64,000 nucleotides of DNA from a bacterium (GCA_965261595.1 CBDHDG010000005.1:448001-512000); one strand, 5' to 3'; shown: positions 9,825 through 20,123, counted from the first letter of the stretch. Notes: generated by a model not told the origin, from the sequence alone. Translations and numbers: made by a program.

Positions 9825-11429
9825 TCATCCCTCCGGGGTCGATCCCTCCCTCTCCTCGGGCGGTCCGTATCCCCCTCCGCCGGAGGTCTCCATCAGGATG
9901 ACATCCCCCTCGGTGAGCGGGAGGCTTTCCTTTCCGCGGATCGGCCGCTCGCCGGGGCCGGGGTTCAGGGTGACGCGGAACGTCTGGCCGGGCTCGCCGC
10001 CGAACGCGCCCCAGGGGGGGACCTGCCGCCTTTCGAGCATGGTCGTGACGCGCGCCTCGGAGGCCAGCATCCGGTAGCGCCGCCGGATGCCGAGGCCCCC
10101 CCGTCTTCGCCCGGCCCCCGCGCTTCCGTCCCGCAGCGCATACTCTTCGACCCGCATGGGATACTCGGCCTCGAGGACCTCGATGGGGGTGTTCATCACA
10201 TTGCTCATGTGTACCCGCGTGGCGTTGCTCCCGTCCCGGTGGGCGGCCGCGCCCGCGCCGCCGCCGTGGACTTCGTAGAGGATGAACGTCGTGCCGTCCG
10301 CCTTCTTTCCGCTGAACAGCGTGAGACCCGAGGTCGCCGGCCCGCCCGCGGTGATCCGATCGGGCAGGACCGGGGCCAGCGCCCGGAAGACGGCGTCCAC
10401 GATCACCTGGGACGTCTCGTGGTTTCCCCCGACCAGCGGGGCCTCCCGGCCCGGGTTGACCAAGGTGTTCTCGGGCGCGTGGACGGCGAGGGGCCGGCAA
10501 CACCCGTCGTTCATGGGGATGCCCCGGCCCACGAGGACGCGCATGCTGTAAAAGACGGACGCCGCCGCGATGAAGGGGGTCGTGTTGATGGGAAAGGGGA
10601 CCGGGGGGGACGTGCCGGTGAAGTCGAACGCCGCCCGGTCCCCCTCGATGCGGATGGCCAGGCGGATGGGCAGAGGCGCGCCCCCTTCCTCCATGCTGTC
10701 CATGAACTCCTCCGCCTCGTACAACCCGTCCGGGATGGCGGCGATCTCCCGCCGCATCCGGGTCTCCGATTCCTCCTGCATCCGCTCGAACGCCGCCAGG
10801 GTCGTCGCGCGCCCCCACTGGCCGAAGATGTCGAACAGGCGCGATTCCGCCACGGTCTGGCCAGCGTATTGCCCGAGGATGTCGCCCTCCCGCTCTTCCG
10901 GGTTCCGGACGTTCTCCAGAATGAAATCCAGCGTTTCCCGAACGGGACGGTCCGCCGAAAATATCTTGATCGGGGGGATTCGCAACCCCTCCTGATAGGT
11001 CTCCGTGGCGTCCGGAACGTAGCTGCCGGGCAGCGCCCCGCCGGTGTCCGGCCAGTGGGCGAGACAGACGGCGAAGGCGGACAGCGCTCCGTCGTAAAAC
11101 ACCGGCCGGATCGCTTTGACGTCGGGCAGGTGGTTGCCGCCGATCTCCGGCAGGTTCGTCAGGTACACGTCGCCGGGACGCAGGTCTTCCGGCGGGACGA
11201 CCTTGAGAAACTCCTTCACCGTGAAGGCCATGACCCCCAGGTGGACGGGCGTGTCCTGGCCCTGGGCGATGACCCGCCCCCGGGCGTCGGTCAGGACGCA
11301 CGAGAGGTCCCCCGCCTCCTTCAGCAGGGGCGCCCGCGCCGAGCGCATGACGATGAAGCGCATCTCCTCCGAGGTCGCGAGGACGGCGTTGCGGATCAGC
11401 TCCAGGGTGACGGGATCGATGCGGCTCAT
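9825..11429 (-). CDS. Hydantoinase B / oxoprolinase family subunit
   Basis: IDPVTLELIRN, PGDVYLTN..GGNHLPD, HWPDTGG, QEGLRIPP, GGGGYG; ATGA overlap with the upstream gene. Confidence 0.92.
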   Translation of the reverse strand: MSRIDPVTLELIRNAVLATSEEMRFIVMRSARAPLLKEAGDLSCVLTDARGRVIAQGQDTPVHLGVMAFTVKEFLKVVPPEDLRPGDVYLTNLPEIGGNHLPDVKAIRPVFYDGALSAFAVCLAHWPDTGGALPGSYVPDATETYQEGLRIPPIKIFSADRPVRETLDFILENVRNPEEREGDILGQYAGQTVAESRLFDIFGQWGRATTLAAFERMQEESETRMRREIAAIPDGLYEAEEFMDSMEEGGAPLPIRLAIRIEGDRAAFDFTGTSPPVPFPINTTPFIAAASVFYSMRVLVGRGIPMNDGCCRPLAVHAPENTLVNPGREAPLVGGNHETSQVIVDAVFRALAPVLPDRITAGGPATSGLTLFSGKKADGTTFILYEVHGGGAGAAAHRDGSNATRVHMSNVMNTPIEVLEAEYPMRVEEYALRDGSAGAGRRRGGLGIRRRYRMLASEARVTTMLERRQVPPWGAFGGEPGQTFRVTLNPGPGERPIRGKESLPLTEGDVILMETSGGGGYGPPEEREGSTPEG

Positions 11430-13453
11430 GGCTTCATCCGGAGGATCAGGCGCCCCCGGCCGTCCACCGTGAGCGAGCGGCCGGGCGGCAGGACCGTGAC
11501 GGACCATTCATCCTCGACGACGGCCGGCCCTTCGACCCGGTCGTCCGGGCCCAGGGCGGCGCGGTTCAGGATGGGCGTTTCAATCCGCTCGCCGTCGAAA
11601 TCCACCTCGCGGCGGCCCGCTTCGCGCTCCGCCGCCGCGTCCGGGCGGCGCTCCCCCGCGGTCCGCGTTTCCGTTGTCACGACGGCGGCGACCCGGACGT
11701 TCACGCACTCCACGGCCTCTTCCGTCACGTAGTGGTAGAGCGCCTCGTGCTCCCGATCGAACGCGCCCCGGACCTCGGCGGCCGACCAGCCGTTCACCCC
11801 GGTCAGGGGGATCTCGATCTCGTAGTTTTGCCGTTTGTAGCGGAGGTCCAGGGAGGGCTGGACCTGGATCGAATCCGGCGCGCACCCCTCTTCGATGAGG
11901 AGGTCCCGGGTGGCCCCCAGGAGATCATCCCAGAGGGGTTTCAGCGCCTCCGGCGAGAGGTCCTCCAGGAATACAGGGTGGGTCCTGACGGCCTCGTAGC
12001 GCAGGTCGGACGTGAGGCACCCCAGGGCCGAGAAGACCGAGGAGTCGGCCGGCACGATCACGGTCTCCATGTCGAGCGCCGCCGCCAGGGATGCCGCATG
12101 GACCGGCCCCACGCCTCCGTAGGCCACGAGCGCCCCTTCGCGAACGTCGCGGCCCCGCTTGATCGAGACGAGCCGGAGCGCGCCCAGGACGTTCGCCTCG
12201 GCGATGGCGACGATGCCCCGCGCGCTCTCCTCCAGGGTCATCCCCAGCGCCCCGGCGAGGCGGCCCACCGCTTCTTCCGCCGCCTCGCGGCGCAGGCGAA
12301 TCTTCCCGCCCAGGACGGCGTCGGGATTGAGACGGCCGAGGAGCAGGTTGGCGTCGGTCAGCGTGGGCTCCGTTCCCCCGAGGCCGTAACAGGCCGGTCC
12401 CGGGTTCGCGCCCGCGCTTCGGGGGCCGACGTGGAGGGCCCCCACGTCGTCCGTCCAGGCCAGCGAGCCCCCCCCGGCGCCGATGCTCTCGACCGCGACC
12501 GACCGCAGCCGGAAGGGCTGGCCGGCGACCTGTCTTTGGGCCATGAGCTCGGCGCGGCCGTTTTCGATGAGGCAAACGTCCGTTGTCGTGCCCCCCATGT
12601 CCAGGGCCAAGGCGCGGTCGCACCCCAACTCCCGCGTCAGGGCGCAGACCGCCGTCACGCCTGCCGCCGGGCCGGACATGACGAGGTTCAAGGGCTTTCG
12701 CCGCACGGCGGATTCGGACATCATTCCGCCGTTGGACTGGACGAGGTGGAGATGGGCGTCCCGGCCCGCCAGGTCGGTGTCCAGGTGAGAGAGGAAATCC
12801 GAGACGGTGGGCATCAGGTAGGCGTTCAGAACGGTCGTGAGCGCGCGCTCGTATTCCCGGAACTCGGCGTTGACTTCGGACGAGAGGCTGACGTGGTCGA
12901 ACGCCTCCCGCAGGGCGTCGCCCAAGGTCCTTTCGTGCGCCGGATTCGCGTAGGCGTGGAGCAGGCAGACGGCCACCGACTCGACCTCGGCGTCCTTGAG
13001 CCGCCGGATCAGGTCCGGGATCTCGTCGGTTCGGATGGGCGTCAGGACCCGGCCGGAGACGTCCAGCCGCTCGGCGATCTCGAAGCAGAGGTCCCGGGGG
13101 ACGAAGGGCGGCTGGCGGGAAGGCTTTTGGATCTCGTAGATATCGTCCCGCGACTGCCGGGCGATTTCGAGGAGGTCGCGAAATCCCCGTGTGGCGATCA
13201 GGGCCGTTCGCGCCCCCCGCCGTTCCTCCAGCGCGTTGGTGGCCACGGTGGTGCCGTGGACGATCTCCAGTCCCCGCAGGCCCCCGCCCGCGTCTTGAGC
13301 CACCCGTTCGAGGACGTGGAGGAGCGCCGCCGCCGGGCGGGCCGGATCGCTCGGGACCTTGAAAACCGTGGAGGTCCCGTTCGGGGAAAGGGCGACGACG
13401 TCGGTGAACGTTCCCCCGACGTCCACGCCGATCTTCCAGGAGGGTTGAGTCAT
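11426..13453 (-). CDS. Hydantoinase A / oxoprolinase family subunit
   Basis: GVDVGGTFTD, HGTTVATN, SGPAAG, DMGGTTTD, GPACYGLGG. Confidence 0.93.
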   Translation of the reverse strand: MTQPSWKIGVDVGGTFTDVVALSPNGTSTVFKVPSDPARPAAALLHVLERVAQDAGGGLRGLEIVHGTTVATNALEERRGARTALIATRGFRDLLEIARQSRDDIYEIQKPSRQPPFVPRDLCFEIAERLDVSGRVLTPIRTDEIPDLIRRLKDAEVESVAVCLLHAYANPAHERTLGDALREAFDHVSLSSEVNAEFREYERALTTVLNAYLMPTVSDFLSHLDTDLAGRDAHLHLVQSNGGMMSESAVRRKPLNLVMSGPAAGVTAVCALTRELGCDRALALDMGGTTTDVCLIENGRAELMAQRQVAGQPFRLRSVAVESIGAGGGSLAWTDDVGALHVGPRSAGANPGPACYGLGGTEPTLTDANLLLGRLNPDAVLGGKIRLRREAAEEAVGRLAGALGMTLEESARGIVAIAEANVLGALRLVSIKRGRDVREGALVAYGGVGPVHAASLAAALDMETVIVPADSSVFSALGCLTSDLRYEAVRTHPVFLEDLSPEALKPLWDDLLGATRDLLIEEGCAPDSIQVQPSLDLRYKRQNYEIEIPLTGVNGWSAAEVRGAFDREHEALYHYVTEEAVECVNVRVAAVVTTETRTAGERRPDAAAEREAGRREVDFDGERIETPILNRAALGPDDRVEGPAVVEDEWSVTVLPPGRSLTVDGRGRLILRMKP

Positions 13454-13492
13454 CGGTGACGCTTTCCTGATGAAACGGTTGAGGCGATTGAT

Positions 13493-15841
13493 TCAGGCAC
13501 CCGAGCCGGCCGCCGATCGGGCGGCCAGGGCGGACAGGACCCGCTCGGGCGTGACGGGAAGCTCCCGGACCGGCTCGCCCAGGGCGTCGGCCACGGCCAG
13601 GGCGATCGCCGAGGCGGCGGGGGTGAGGGCGGGCTCGCCGATCCCCTTGGCCCCGAACGGCCCCAGTCCGCTGCCGGATTCCAGGATCTCGGTCTTCACG
13701 TCCGGCGTGTCCAGGGCCGTGGGCAGCAGGTAAGTTTCCAGGTTTTCGGTTTCGGTGACGCCGGCTCGAAGGACAACCTCCTCCATCAGCCCCTGGCCGA
13801 GACCCATGTAGGCCCCGCCTTCCATCTGGCCTTCGACGCTGGTCCGGTTCACGGCTTTGCCCACGTCGAAGCAGGACGAGAGCCGGCGCACGATCACCTC
13901 GCCGGTTTCGGCGTCCACGGCCACTTCCGCGCCGACGGCGCCGAACGTGTAATCGTTGAACGCCCGGCCCCGGCCCGTCGCCGGGTCGATGGGATCGCCG
14001 CCGGGGGCGTCCCATTTGGACAGGTTGCCCAGCGGCTTTCCAGTCGCGGCCATCCGGCGGACGACCTCGGAGAGTCCGAGCCCCCGCTCGGGAAATCCCC
14101 GCACGGCGGCGCGTCCGGCCCCCAGCTCGATCTCCTCGGGCGAGACCTCGAGCATGTCCGCCGCCACCTCCAGCAGGTCCCGGCGGATCTGAAAGCATGA
14201 TTCCAGGATGGCGTTGCCGCTCATCATGAGCTGTCGGGTGGCGGTGGTCGTCCCGGCCAGGGGGGTGAGTTGGCTGTCCGCCCGCTGGACGGTGATTCCG
14301 CCCGGGTCGACGCCGAGGACTTCCGAGGCCAGGGTGGCCATGGAGGAGGCCTGTCCGCCTCCGTGGTCCGGGGTCCCGGTGCGGATCACCAGGCTCCCGT
14401 CCATCTCGAACCCGACCCAGGCCTGGGCGCTGTCGTGCGTCCAGTGCATGCGCCCGTAGGGGGTGATGCCGGCGGCCACCCCCCGGCCGATCAGGGGCCG
14501 GCCCGGCGCCGCTCCGCTCCCGGACGGGCCGTCCTGCGAAAGCGCCTCCCGGCAGCGCCGGGCCGCCTCGGCCAGCTCCACCTCCGAGCGGATGTCTTCC
14601 CCGGTGCCGAGGGCGTCTCCTTTGCGGAGGTAGTTGATCTCCCGGAACCGGCCTGGGTCCATGCCGAGGGCGCGGGCCGCCGCGTCCATCTGCATCTCGT
14701 AGGCGAAATTGGACTGGAGCGAGCCAAAGCACCGCATGGCGCTGGCGAAGGTGTTGTTGGTGTAAACGCCCTTTGCGTCCACATGGACGTTGGGGATCCG
14801 GTACGGGCCGGTCGCGGTGACGGCCGAGTAGTGGACGACCCAGACGGTCAGGTAGGCGTAGGCGCCGCCGTCGGCCAGGAGGTCGGCCTCCAGGGCCGTG
14901 ATCCGTCCGTCCCGCGTCACGCCTGTTTTGTACCGCATGACGTAGGGGTGCCGCTTTCCGTGGGCGAGGATGGATTCCTCCCGTTTGTATTCCAGGCGCA
15001 CGGGCCGCCTCGTCTTCCAGGCCAGCAGTCCCAAGAAGACCTCGACGGTGACGTCCTCTTTGCCCCCGAAGCCGCCGCCCAGATAGGCGCACCGGATGCG
15101 GACCTTGCTGTCCGGAATCCCGAGGGCCTGGGCGACGTCCCGGTAGTGTTCGAGCACCTGGGTGCCCACATTGATGTTGATGACCTGGTCGTCGTCCACC
15201 CAGGCGACGCCGGTCTCCGTCTCCAGGTACGCGTGGTCGATCCACTGGGTTGTGTAGCGGTTTTCGACGATGATGTCGGCCTCGGCGAAACCGGCCTCGA
15301 TGTCGCCCCGGCGAACGGACCAATGGCAGACGAGGTTTCCGCCCTTGTGGACGCGGGGGGCGTCGGGACGGAGGGCTTCGAGGGGGTCGAACACGCCGGG
15401 CAGCGGCTCGTAATCGACCGCGACGCGGGCGAGCGCCTCCTCGGCGGCGTCCTCAGTCTCCGCGGCCACCAGGGCCACGGGCTCGCCCAGGTAACGAACG
15501 CGGTCTCCGGCGAGGATCTGGTGGAAGGCCGTGTGCGCCCCTTCGCCCGCATCGGACATGCGCCCCGGCAGACCGGCGAGGAGCTCGTTGCGCGGCACGT
15601 CTTCAGCCGTCAGGACGCAGGCCACGCCGGGCACGGCCAGCGCCGCCGTTTTGTCGATCCCGCCGATCCGGGCCGAGGGATGTTTCGCGTGGAGCACCCG
15701 GCCGACCAGGGCGTTGCGGGGGATGTCGTCGGATGCGTAGCGGAGGACGCCCCCGGCCTTGTCCACCGCGTCGTGGCGGATCATCCGCCCGCCGACCCCA
15801 TGGGGGCTTCCCCGCGTTTTCATCCGATCCTTGACCGCCAT
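13493..15841 (-). CDS. Xanthine dehydrogenase-family molybdopterin-binding subunit (AMRCFG variant)
   Basis: HAYLE, GGGFGGKE, AMRCFG, EGQMEGG, GAKGIGE. No adjacent FeS or FAD subunit genes. Confidence 0.92.
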   Translation of the reverse strand: MAVKDRMKTRGSPHGVGGRMIRHDAVDKAGGVLRYASDDIPRNALVGRVLHAKHPSARIGGIDKTAALAVPGVACVLTAEDVPRNELLAGLPGRMSDAGEGAHTAFHQILAGDRVRYLGEPVALVAAETEDAAEEALARVAVDYEPLPGVFDPLEALRPDAPRVHKGGNLVCHWSVRRGDIEAGFAEADIIVENRYTTQWIDHAYLETETGVAWVDDDQVININVGTQVLEHYRDVAQALGIPDSKVRIRCAYLGGGFGGKEDVTVEVFLGLLAWKTRRPVRLEYKREESILAHGKRHPYVMRYKTGVTRDGRITALEADLLADGGAYAYLTVWVVHYSAVTATGPYRIPNVHVDAKGVYTNNTFASAMRCFGSLQSNFAYEMQMDAAARALGMDPGRFREINYLRKGDALGTGEDIRSEVELAEAARRCREALSQDGPSGSGAAPGRPLIGRGVAAGITPYGRMHWTHDSAQAWVGFEMDGSLVIRTGTPDHGGGQASSMATLASEVLGVDPGGITVQRADSQLTPLAGTTTATRQLMMSGNAILESCFQIRRDLLEVAADMLEVSPEEIELGAGRAAVRGFPERGLGLSEVVRRMAATGKPLGNLSKWDAPGGDPIDPATGRGRAFNDYTFGAVGAEVAVDAETGEVIVRRLSSCFDVGKAVNRTSVEGQMEGGAYMGLGQGLMEEVVLRAGVTETENLETYLLPTALDTPDVKTEILESGSGLGPFGAKGIGEPALTPAASAIALAVADALGEPVRELPVTPERVLSALAARSAAGSGA

Positions 15842-15871
15842 CGAGTCCGAACCCCCGGGCAAAAGCCCCTG

Positions 15872-16702
15872 CTAAACGTCCCAGCCGCTGTCGATGATCA
15901 GGGCTTGGCCCGTCATGTTGCGGGATTTTTCCGAGCAGAGGTACAGGACCGCGGCGGCGATCTCTTCTTCGTCCGGAAAACGGCCCAGGGCCATCTCGCT
16001 GGTGTACTTCTTGTAGACCTCGTCCCTCGTCTGATTCCAGGCCTGGGCCTTTTCCTGGATGATTTTTTCCATCCGGTCTCCGTAGATGGGACCGGGGCAG
16101 ATGCAATTGACGTTGATGTTATGAGGGCCCAGCTCGAGCGCCAAGGTCCGCGTGAAGCCGCGCACGGCCCACTTGGAGGAGGAATAGGACGCGCGGTTGA
16201 TGTAACCCCGGAGCCCGGAGGTCCCGGAGATGTTCACGATCTTCCCCCACTTCTTCTCCAGGAGGGTCGGGATGACGTGCTTGCAGCAAAGGAACGTCCC
16301 CTTCAGGTTGACGCCGAGAACGTAGTCCCAATCCTCGACGGAAATCTTGTGGACCGGGGTCTCCACCGGGCCGATGACGCCCGAGGTGTTGACGAGGATG
16401 TCGATGCCGCCGAACGCTTTCAGGGTCTCATCGAGCATGGCCTTCACCTGGTCCTCTTCCCGGACATCCAGGGAGAGGGTGACCGCCTCGACGCCGGGGA
16501 CTTCCTTGCGGATCTCCTCGACCTGGGCGTCCAGCGCGGCCACGTCCCGCGCGCACAGGGCAAGACGCGCGCCTTCCCGGGCCAGGTCCAGGGAGATCCG
16601 TCCGCCCATCCCTTTGGCGCCGCCGGTGATGATGGCGACCCTGTCCGCAAATTCACCTTTGCCGTTTTTCGGTTTCGCGTTCAATGTTCTTTCCGCCTCC
16701 AT
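15872..16702 (-). CDS. Short-chain dehydrogenase/reductase
   Basis: TGGAKGMG, YSSSK, NVNCICPG. Confidence 0.92.
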   Translation of the reverse strand: MEAERTLNAKPKNGKGEFADRVAIITGGAKGMGGRISLDLAREGARLALCARDVAALDAQVEEIRKEVPGVEAVTLSLDVREEDQVKAMLDETLKAFGGIDILVNTSGVIGPVETPVHKISVEDWDYVLGVNLKGTFLCCKHVIPTLLEKKWGKIVNISGTSGLRGYINRASYSSSKWAVRGFTRTLALELGPHNINVNCICPGPIYGDRMEKIIQEKAQAWNQTRDEVYKKYTSEMALGRFPDEEEIAAAVLYLCSEKSRNMTGQALIIDSGWDV

Positions 16703-17122
16703 GGGGACCCCGCGCGGGCCGGCCCCTTGTTAAGGGTTTTGCCCAGGGCTGTCAACTTCCGGCGGGCCGTGCGGCCGCCCGGGAATGCGGACCGATCCAC
16801 CGAAAATTCAGCGTTGCCGGTTGTTCTTTCGTCTGTTCCGCTTCTGAATATTAACCAAGGGTTGTCCGGAAGGGAAGTTTCCGGACGGCCCGCCTGAATG
16901 GAAAACCGTCCGCCCACCCGGCCGGGTTCCCGCACATGATGAATTCCGGTATTATGACATGAAGAAAGTTAAAAGGTCTTGAACGGACGGAATAGGGACG
17001 CCCGATCCCGGGGAGGAACTTCCCCGGGGCGGGAGGAAAGCCGTCCGAAGCGCGGGTGAATCGCCTTTTCAATTCACGGCGAATTTCGCCGACGGTAACA
17101 CTTCATCGGTTGGGGGGAGAAC

Positions 17123-18541
17123 ATGGTGCAGGTAGATACGGTGATTCAAGGAGGTCAGGTGGTTCGGCGGGATGGGACCCGGGTTGAGGACATCGCCGTC
17201 CAGGACGGCAAGATTGTCGCCGTGGGCGACCCGGGGACGATGCCCGAGGCGAAGGAGGTCATCGACGCGGCCGGTCTCCACGTCATCCCCGGCGTGATCG
17301 ATCCTCACGTCCACCTTCAGCTCTTCAAGAACCCGTTCGAGATCAACGTCCTGACCGAGTCTCGCTCCTTCGCGGCCGGCGGCGTCACGACGGCCATCCC
17401 GATGCTTCTCAACCGGGAGGACGCGACCAAATCCTACCGGGAGTACACCCCCTGGGCCATCGACGTGGTCGAGAAGAACTCGATGATCGACATGGCCTTC
17501 AGCGCCGTTCTGGGGACGGAAGAGCAGATCGAGGACATCCCCTTCCTGGTTCGGGAGTACGGGATGTGCTCCTTCAAGTTCTACATGGCCTACACCGAGG
17601 ACGAGGCCAAGGTGTTCGGCATCATCGCCGTGGACGACGGGCTGCTTTACGAAGGGTTCAAGAAGGTGCGGGACATGATCGCCGAGGGCTATCCCTGCCT
17701 CGCCATGGTCCACGCGGAGAACATGGAGATCATCCACCGGGAAAAGAAGCGGCTCATCGACGAGGGACGGAACGACCTCAAGGCCTGGACGGACGCGCGC
17801 CCGGAGTTTTGCGAGGAGGAATGCCTGCGGCGGGCCTTTTTCTTTATCGAGGAGCTCGGCTCCCGGCTGTACGTCGTTCATCTGACCGTCGCGAAGGGGG
17901 TGGACCTGGTGCGCGAGATGCACCGCCGGGGCGTGGACATCATCGCCGAGACGTGTCCCCATTACCTCACGTACACCAAGCACGACCACGACAAGATCGG
18001 CTTCCTCGGCAAGGTCAACCCGCCGCTCCGCGACACGGTGGACCAGGAAAAGCTTTGGGAGGCCCTTCAGGACGGGACGCTCAACAACATCGGCGCGGAC
18101 CACTCCACCGTCGTCCCCCGGAAAGACAAGGTGGGCGACGGGATCTGGAACGCCATTCCCGGATTCCCGATGACCGGCTGCTCGCTCCCGGTGATGCTCC
18201 ATGTGGCGGTGCACACGGGCCGTCTGACGTTCGAGCGCCTCGTTGAGCTGACCTCGTACAACGTCGCCAAGGCCTACGGGCTGCTCCCGCAAAAAGGGGA
18301 CATCGCCCCCGGATTCGACGCGGACATTGTCCTTGTGGACCTGGAGAAGGTGCGGCACGTGACGCCGGAGATCTGGCACTCCGACGCCGATTGGAGCCTC
18401 TACGATGGTTGGGATCTCAAGGGATGGCCGGTCCGGACGATCGTCCGGGGCGTCACCGTGGCCCTGAACGGCGAGATCACCGGCACGCAGGAACACGGCC
18501 GATACATCCCCCGGAATATTCCGAAGAAGCCGGTGGCCTGA
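17123..18541 (+). CDS. Cyclic amidohydrolase (dihydropyrimidinase/allantoinase/dihydroorotase family)
   Basis: IDPHVH, SFKFYM (carboxylated Lys), HAEN, YVVH, ETCPHYL, KVNPPLR, GADH. Confidence 0.92.
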   Translation: MVQVDTVIQGGQVVRRDGTRVEDIAVQDGKIVAVGDPGTMPEAKEVIDAAGLHVIPGVIDPHVHLQLFKNPFEINVLTESRSFAAGGVTTAIPMLLNREDATKSYREYTPWAIDVVEKNSMIDMAFSAVLGTEEQIEDIPFLVREYGMCSFKFYMAYTEDEAKVFGIIAVDDGLLYEGFKKVRDMIAEGYPCLAMVHAENMEIIHREKKRLIDEGRNDLKAWTDARPEFCEEECLRRAFFFIEELGSRLYVVHLTVAKGVDLVREMHRRGVDIIAETCPHYLTYTKHDHDKIGFLGKVNPPLRDTVDQEKLWEALQDGTLNNIGADHSTVVPRKDKVGDGIWNAIPGFPMTGCSLPVMLHVAVHTGRLTFERLVELTSYNVAKAYGLLPQKGDIAPGFDADIVLVDLEKVRHVTPEIWHSDADWSLYDGWDLKGWPVRTIVRGVTVALNGEITGTQEHGRYIPRNIPKKPVA

Positions 18542-18588
18542 GGAGGGATTTTGTCCGGGCGGGGGTGCGCCCGAGTCACGAGACCGGG

Positions 18589-19230
18589 TCACCCCCTTCC
18601 GACGATCTTCTCGAACGAGCCGCGCCAGCCGGGCGACAGGGCGGGGATGCGGAGGGCCTTCGCGGCCCCTTCGATGTTCTTCCCGTCGAAGTAGAGCAGG
18701 TGATGGACCGCCTGGACCGTCATGCGCTCGGGGCCGGTTTCGGTCCGCACGATTTCATCGCCCGCGCCGACCTCGCCTTCCTCCAAGACGCGAAGATAGA
18801 ATCCGACCCGCTCGCTTACCAGAAACTGTTTGTGGAATTCCGGCAACCCCATCCGCATACCGAGCTTGAAGCAGGGGACGCGGGGCTGAGTCACTTCGAC
18901 CCGTGCGCCGCCCACTTGGAAGACGTCTCCGATATGGACCGCGTCTTCCGGCATTCCCTCGACGGTGAAGTTTTCACCGAATTGGCCGAATGAAAAATCG
19001 TCGCGGCCGAGCTCGTCCTCCCAGTGGTCGTAATGTTCAATCGTGTAAACGTAGACCGCTTTGTGGATTCCGCCGTGCCCGCTCCGGTCGGCCTGGTCGT
19101 CGCCGTCCAGGTTCAGCGCCCGGAGCATCACGCGGCCCCGGACAGGCTCCTTGAAGATCCACGTGGTTATGATCTTGTCGTTATGCGGGACTTCCAACGC
19201 TGGTGACACATTCACCGAAAGGAGCCTCAT
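18589..19230 (-). CDS. MOSC domain protein with 3-alpha domain (YiiM-like)
   Basis: GDDQADRSGHGG, FGENFT, QPRVPCFKL, GFYLRVL. Confidence 0.9.
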   Translation of the reverse strand: MRLLSVNVSPALEVPHNDKIITTWIFKEPVRGRVMLRALNLDGDDQADRSGHGGIHKAVYVYTIEHYDHWEDELGRDDFSFGQFGENFTVEGMPEDAVHIGDVFQVGGARVEVTQPRVPCFKLGMRMGLPEFHKQFLVSERVGFYLRVLEEGEVGAGDEIVRTETGPERMTVQAVHHLLYFDGKNIEGAAKALRIPALSPGWRGSFEKIVGRG

Positions 19231-19400
19231 TGTTTACCGCCCTCCTTCCCCCCCTCCGCGTTTTCTAATGCTCCCACAGTCATAGACCGAAGAAGAAGAC
19301 AGAGAAAAGGAAGTTTATCGATCTTCAAAACCCGCCGGTTTCTTTATAAGCGAAGAGCCGGCTGGAAAGCCAATCAGTTTTCTTCATGGAGGACATTCCG

Positions 19401-20061
19401 GTGAACGGTCGAAAAAGATGTGTTGTCCTGGCGGCGGCCCTCCTGTGTTGGGTTCTGGCCGCGGGATTCTTCACGCCGGGGGGGGCGCCGCCCTCGCCGC
19501 GGCGAATCCCAAGCAAGAGCTGAAGGCGTCCATCGATCGGGTGTTGGACGTATTGAGGGATCCGTCCCTGAAGGGCGATGAGCACCGCAAGGCCCGCAGG
19601 CGCAAGTTGTCCGAGATCATTCAGGCGCGTTTCGATTTCGCGGAAATGGGCAAGCGGTCCCTCGCGCGTCAATGGCGGAAAATGAGTCCCGCGGAAAAAA
19701 AGGAATTCATCGGGATTTTCGGCAACCTCCTGCAAGACTCTTATCTGACCAAGATCGAGGCGTTCGCGGACGAGAAGATTGTTTATCCGGCGGAGCGCAT
19801 GGAAGAGCGATACGCCGAGGTCAAGACCAGGATTGTTCAGAAGAGCGGGCGGGCATCGGCATTGATTACAAACTTCACCGGACTCCGGAAGGTTGGCGCG
19901 TCTACGACTTCGTCATCGAAGGCGTGAGCCTGGTGTCGAATTACCGCAAGCAATTCAAGCGACTGATTCGGAAGACCTCTTACAAGGAGCTGATTGCGCG
20001 TATGAAGGTCAAGTATGAAGAGGTCCGGGGCGGTTCCTACGAGAAGGAAAAAACGCTCTAG
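19401..20061 (+). CDS. mlaC: MlaC/Ttg2D phospholipid-binding periplasmic protein (two apparent homopolymer frameshifts)
   Basis: Signal peptide from GTG 19401, then FDFAEMGKRSLARQW in a second frame and IDYKL...WRVYDFVIEGVSLVSNYRKQF in a third. Shifts fall at G runs near 19490 and 19851. Confidence 0.8.
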
Positions 20062-20084
20062 GCTGGATTTCTCACCAACGCATC

Positions 20085-20123
20085 GGGGCGGGTGCGGGAG
20101 TCAACCGACTCTCGCCCCGCCCC
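20085..20123. repeat. REP-like hairpin, copy 1
   Basis: CGGGAGTCAACCGACTCTCGCCCCG (20095-20119) is identical to 60591-60615 and forms a stem-loop. Confidence 0.7.

Noticed and set aside
8608..11301. 897-aa ORF suggesting an extended alcohol dehydrogenase
   Set aside because: The N-terminal part is an alternative-frame shadow of hyuB. The ADH starts at 9774 with its own RBS.
3398..16897. Many long antisense or alternative-frame ORFs (e.g. 3398-5362, 11925-15323, 14270-16897; likewise 38990-41998)
   Set aside because: These are shadow ORFs typical of GC-rich DNA. They overlap well-supported genes and show no motifs.
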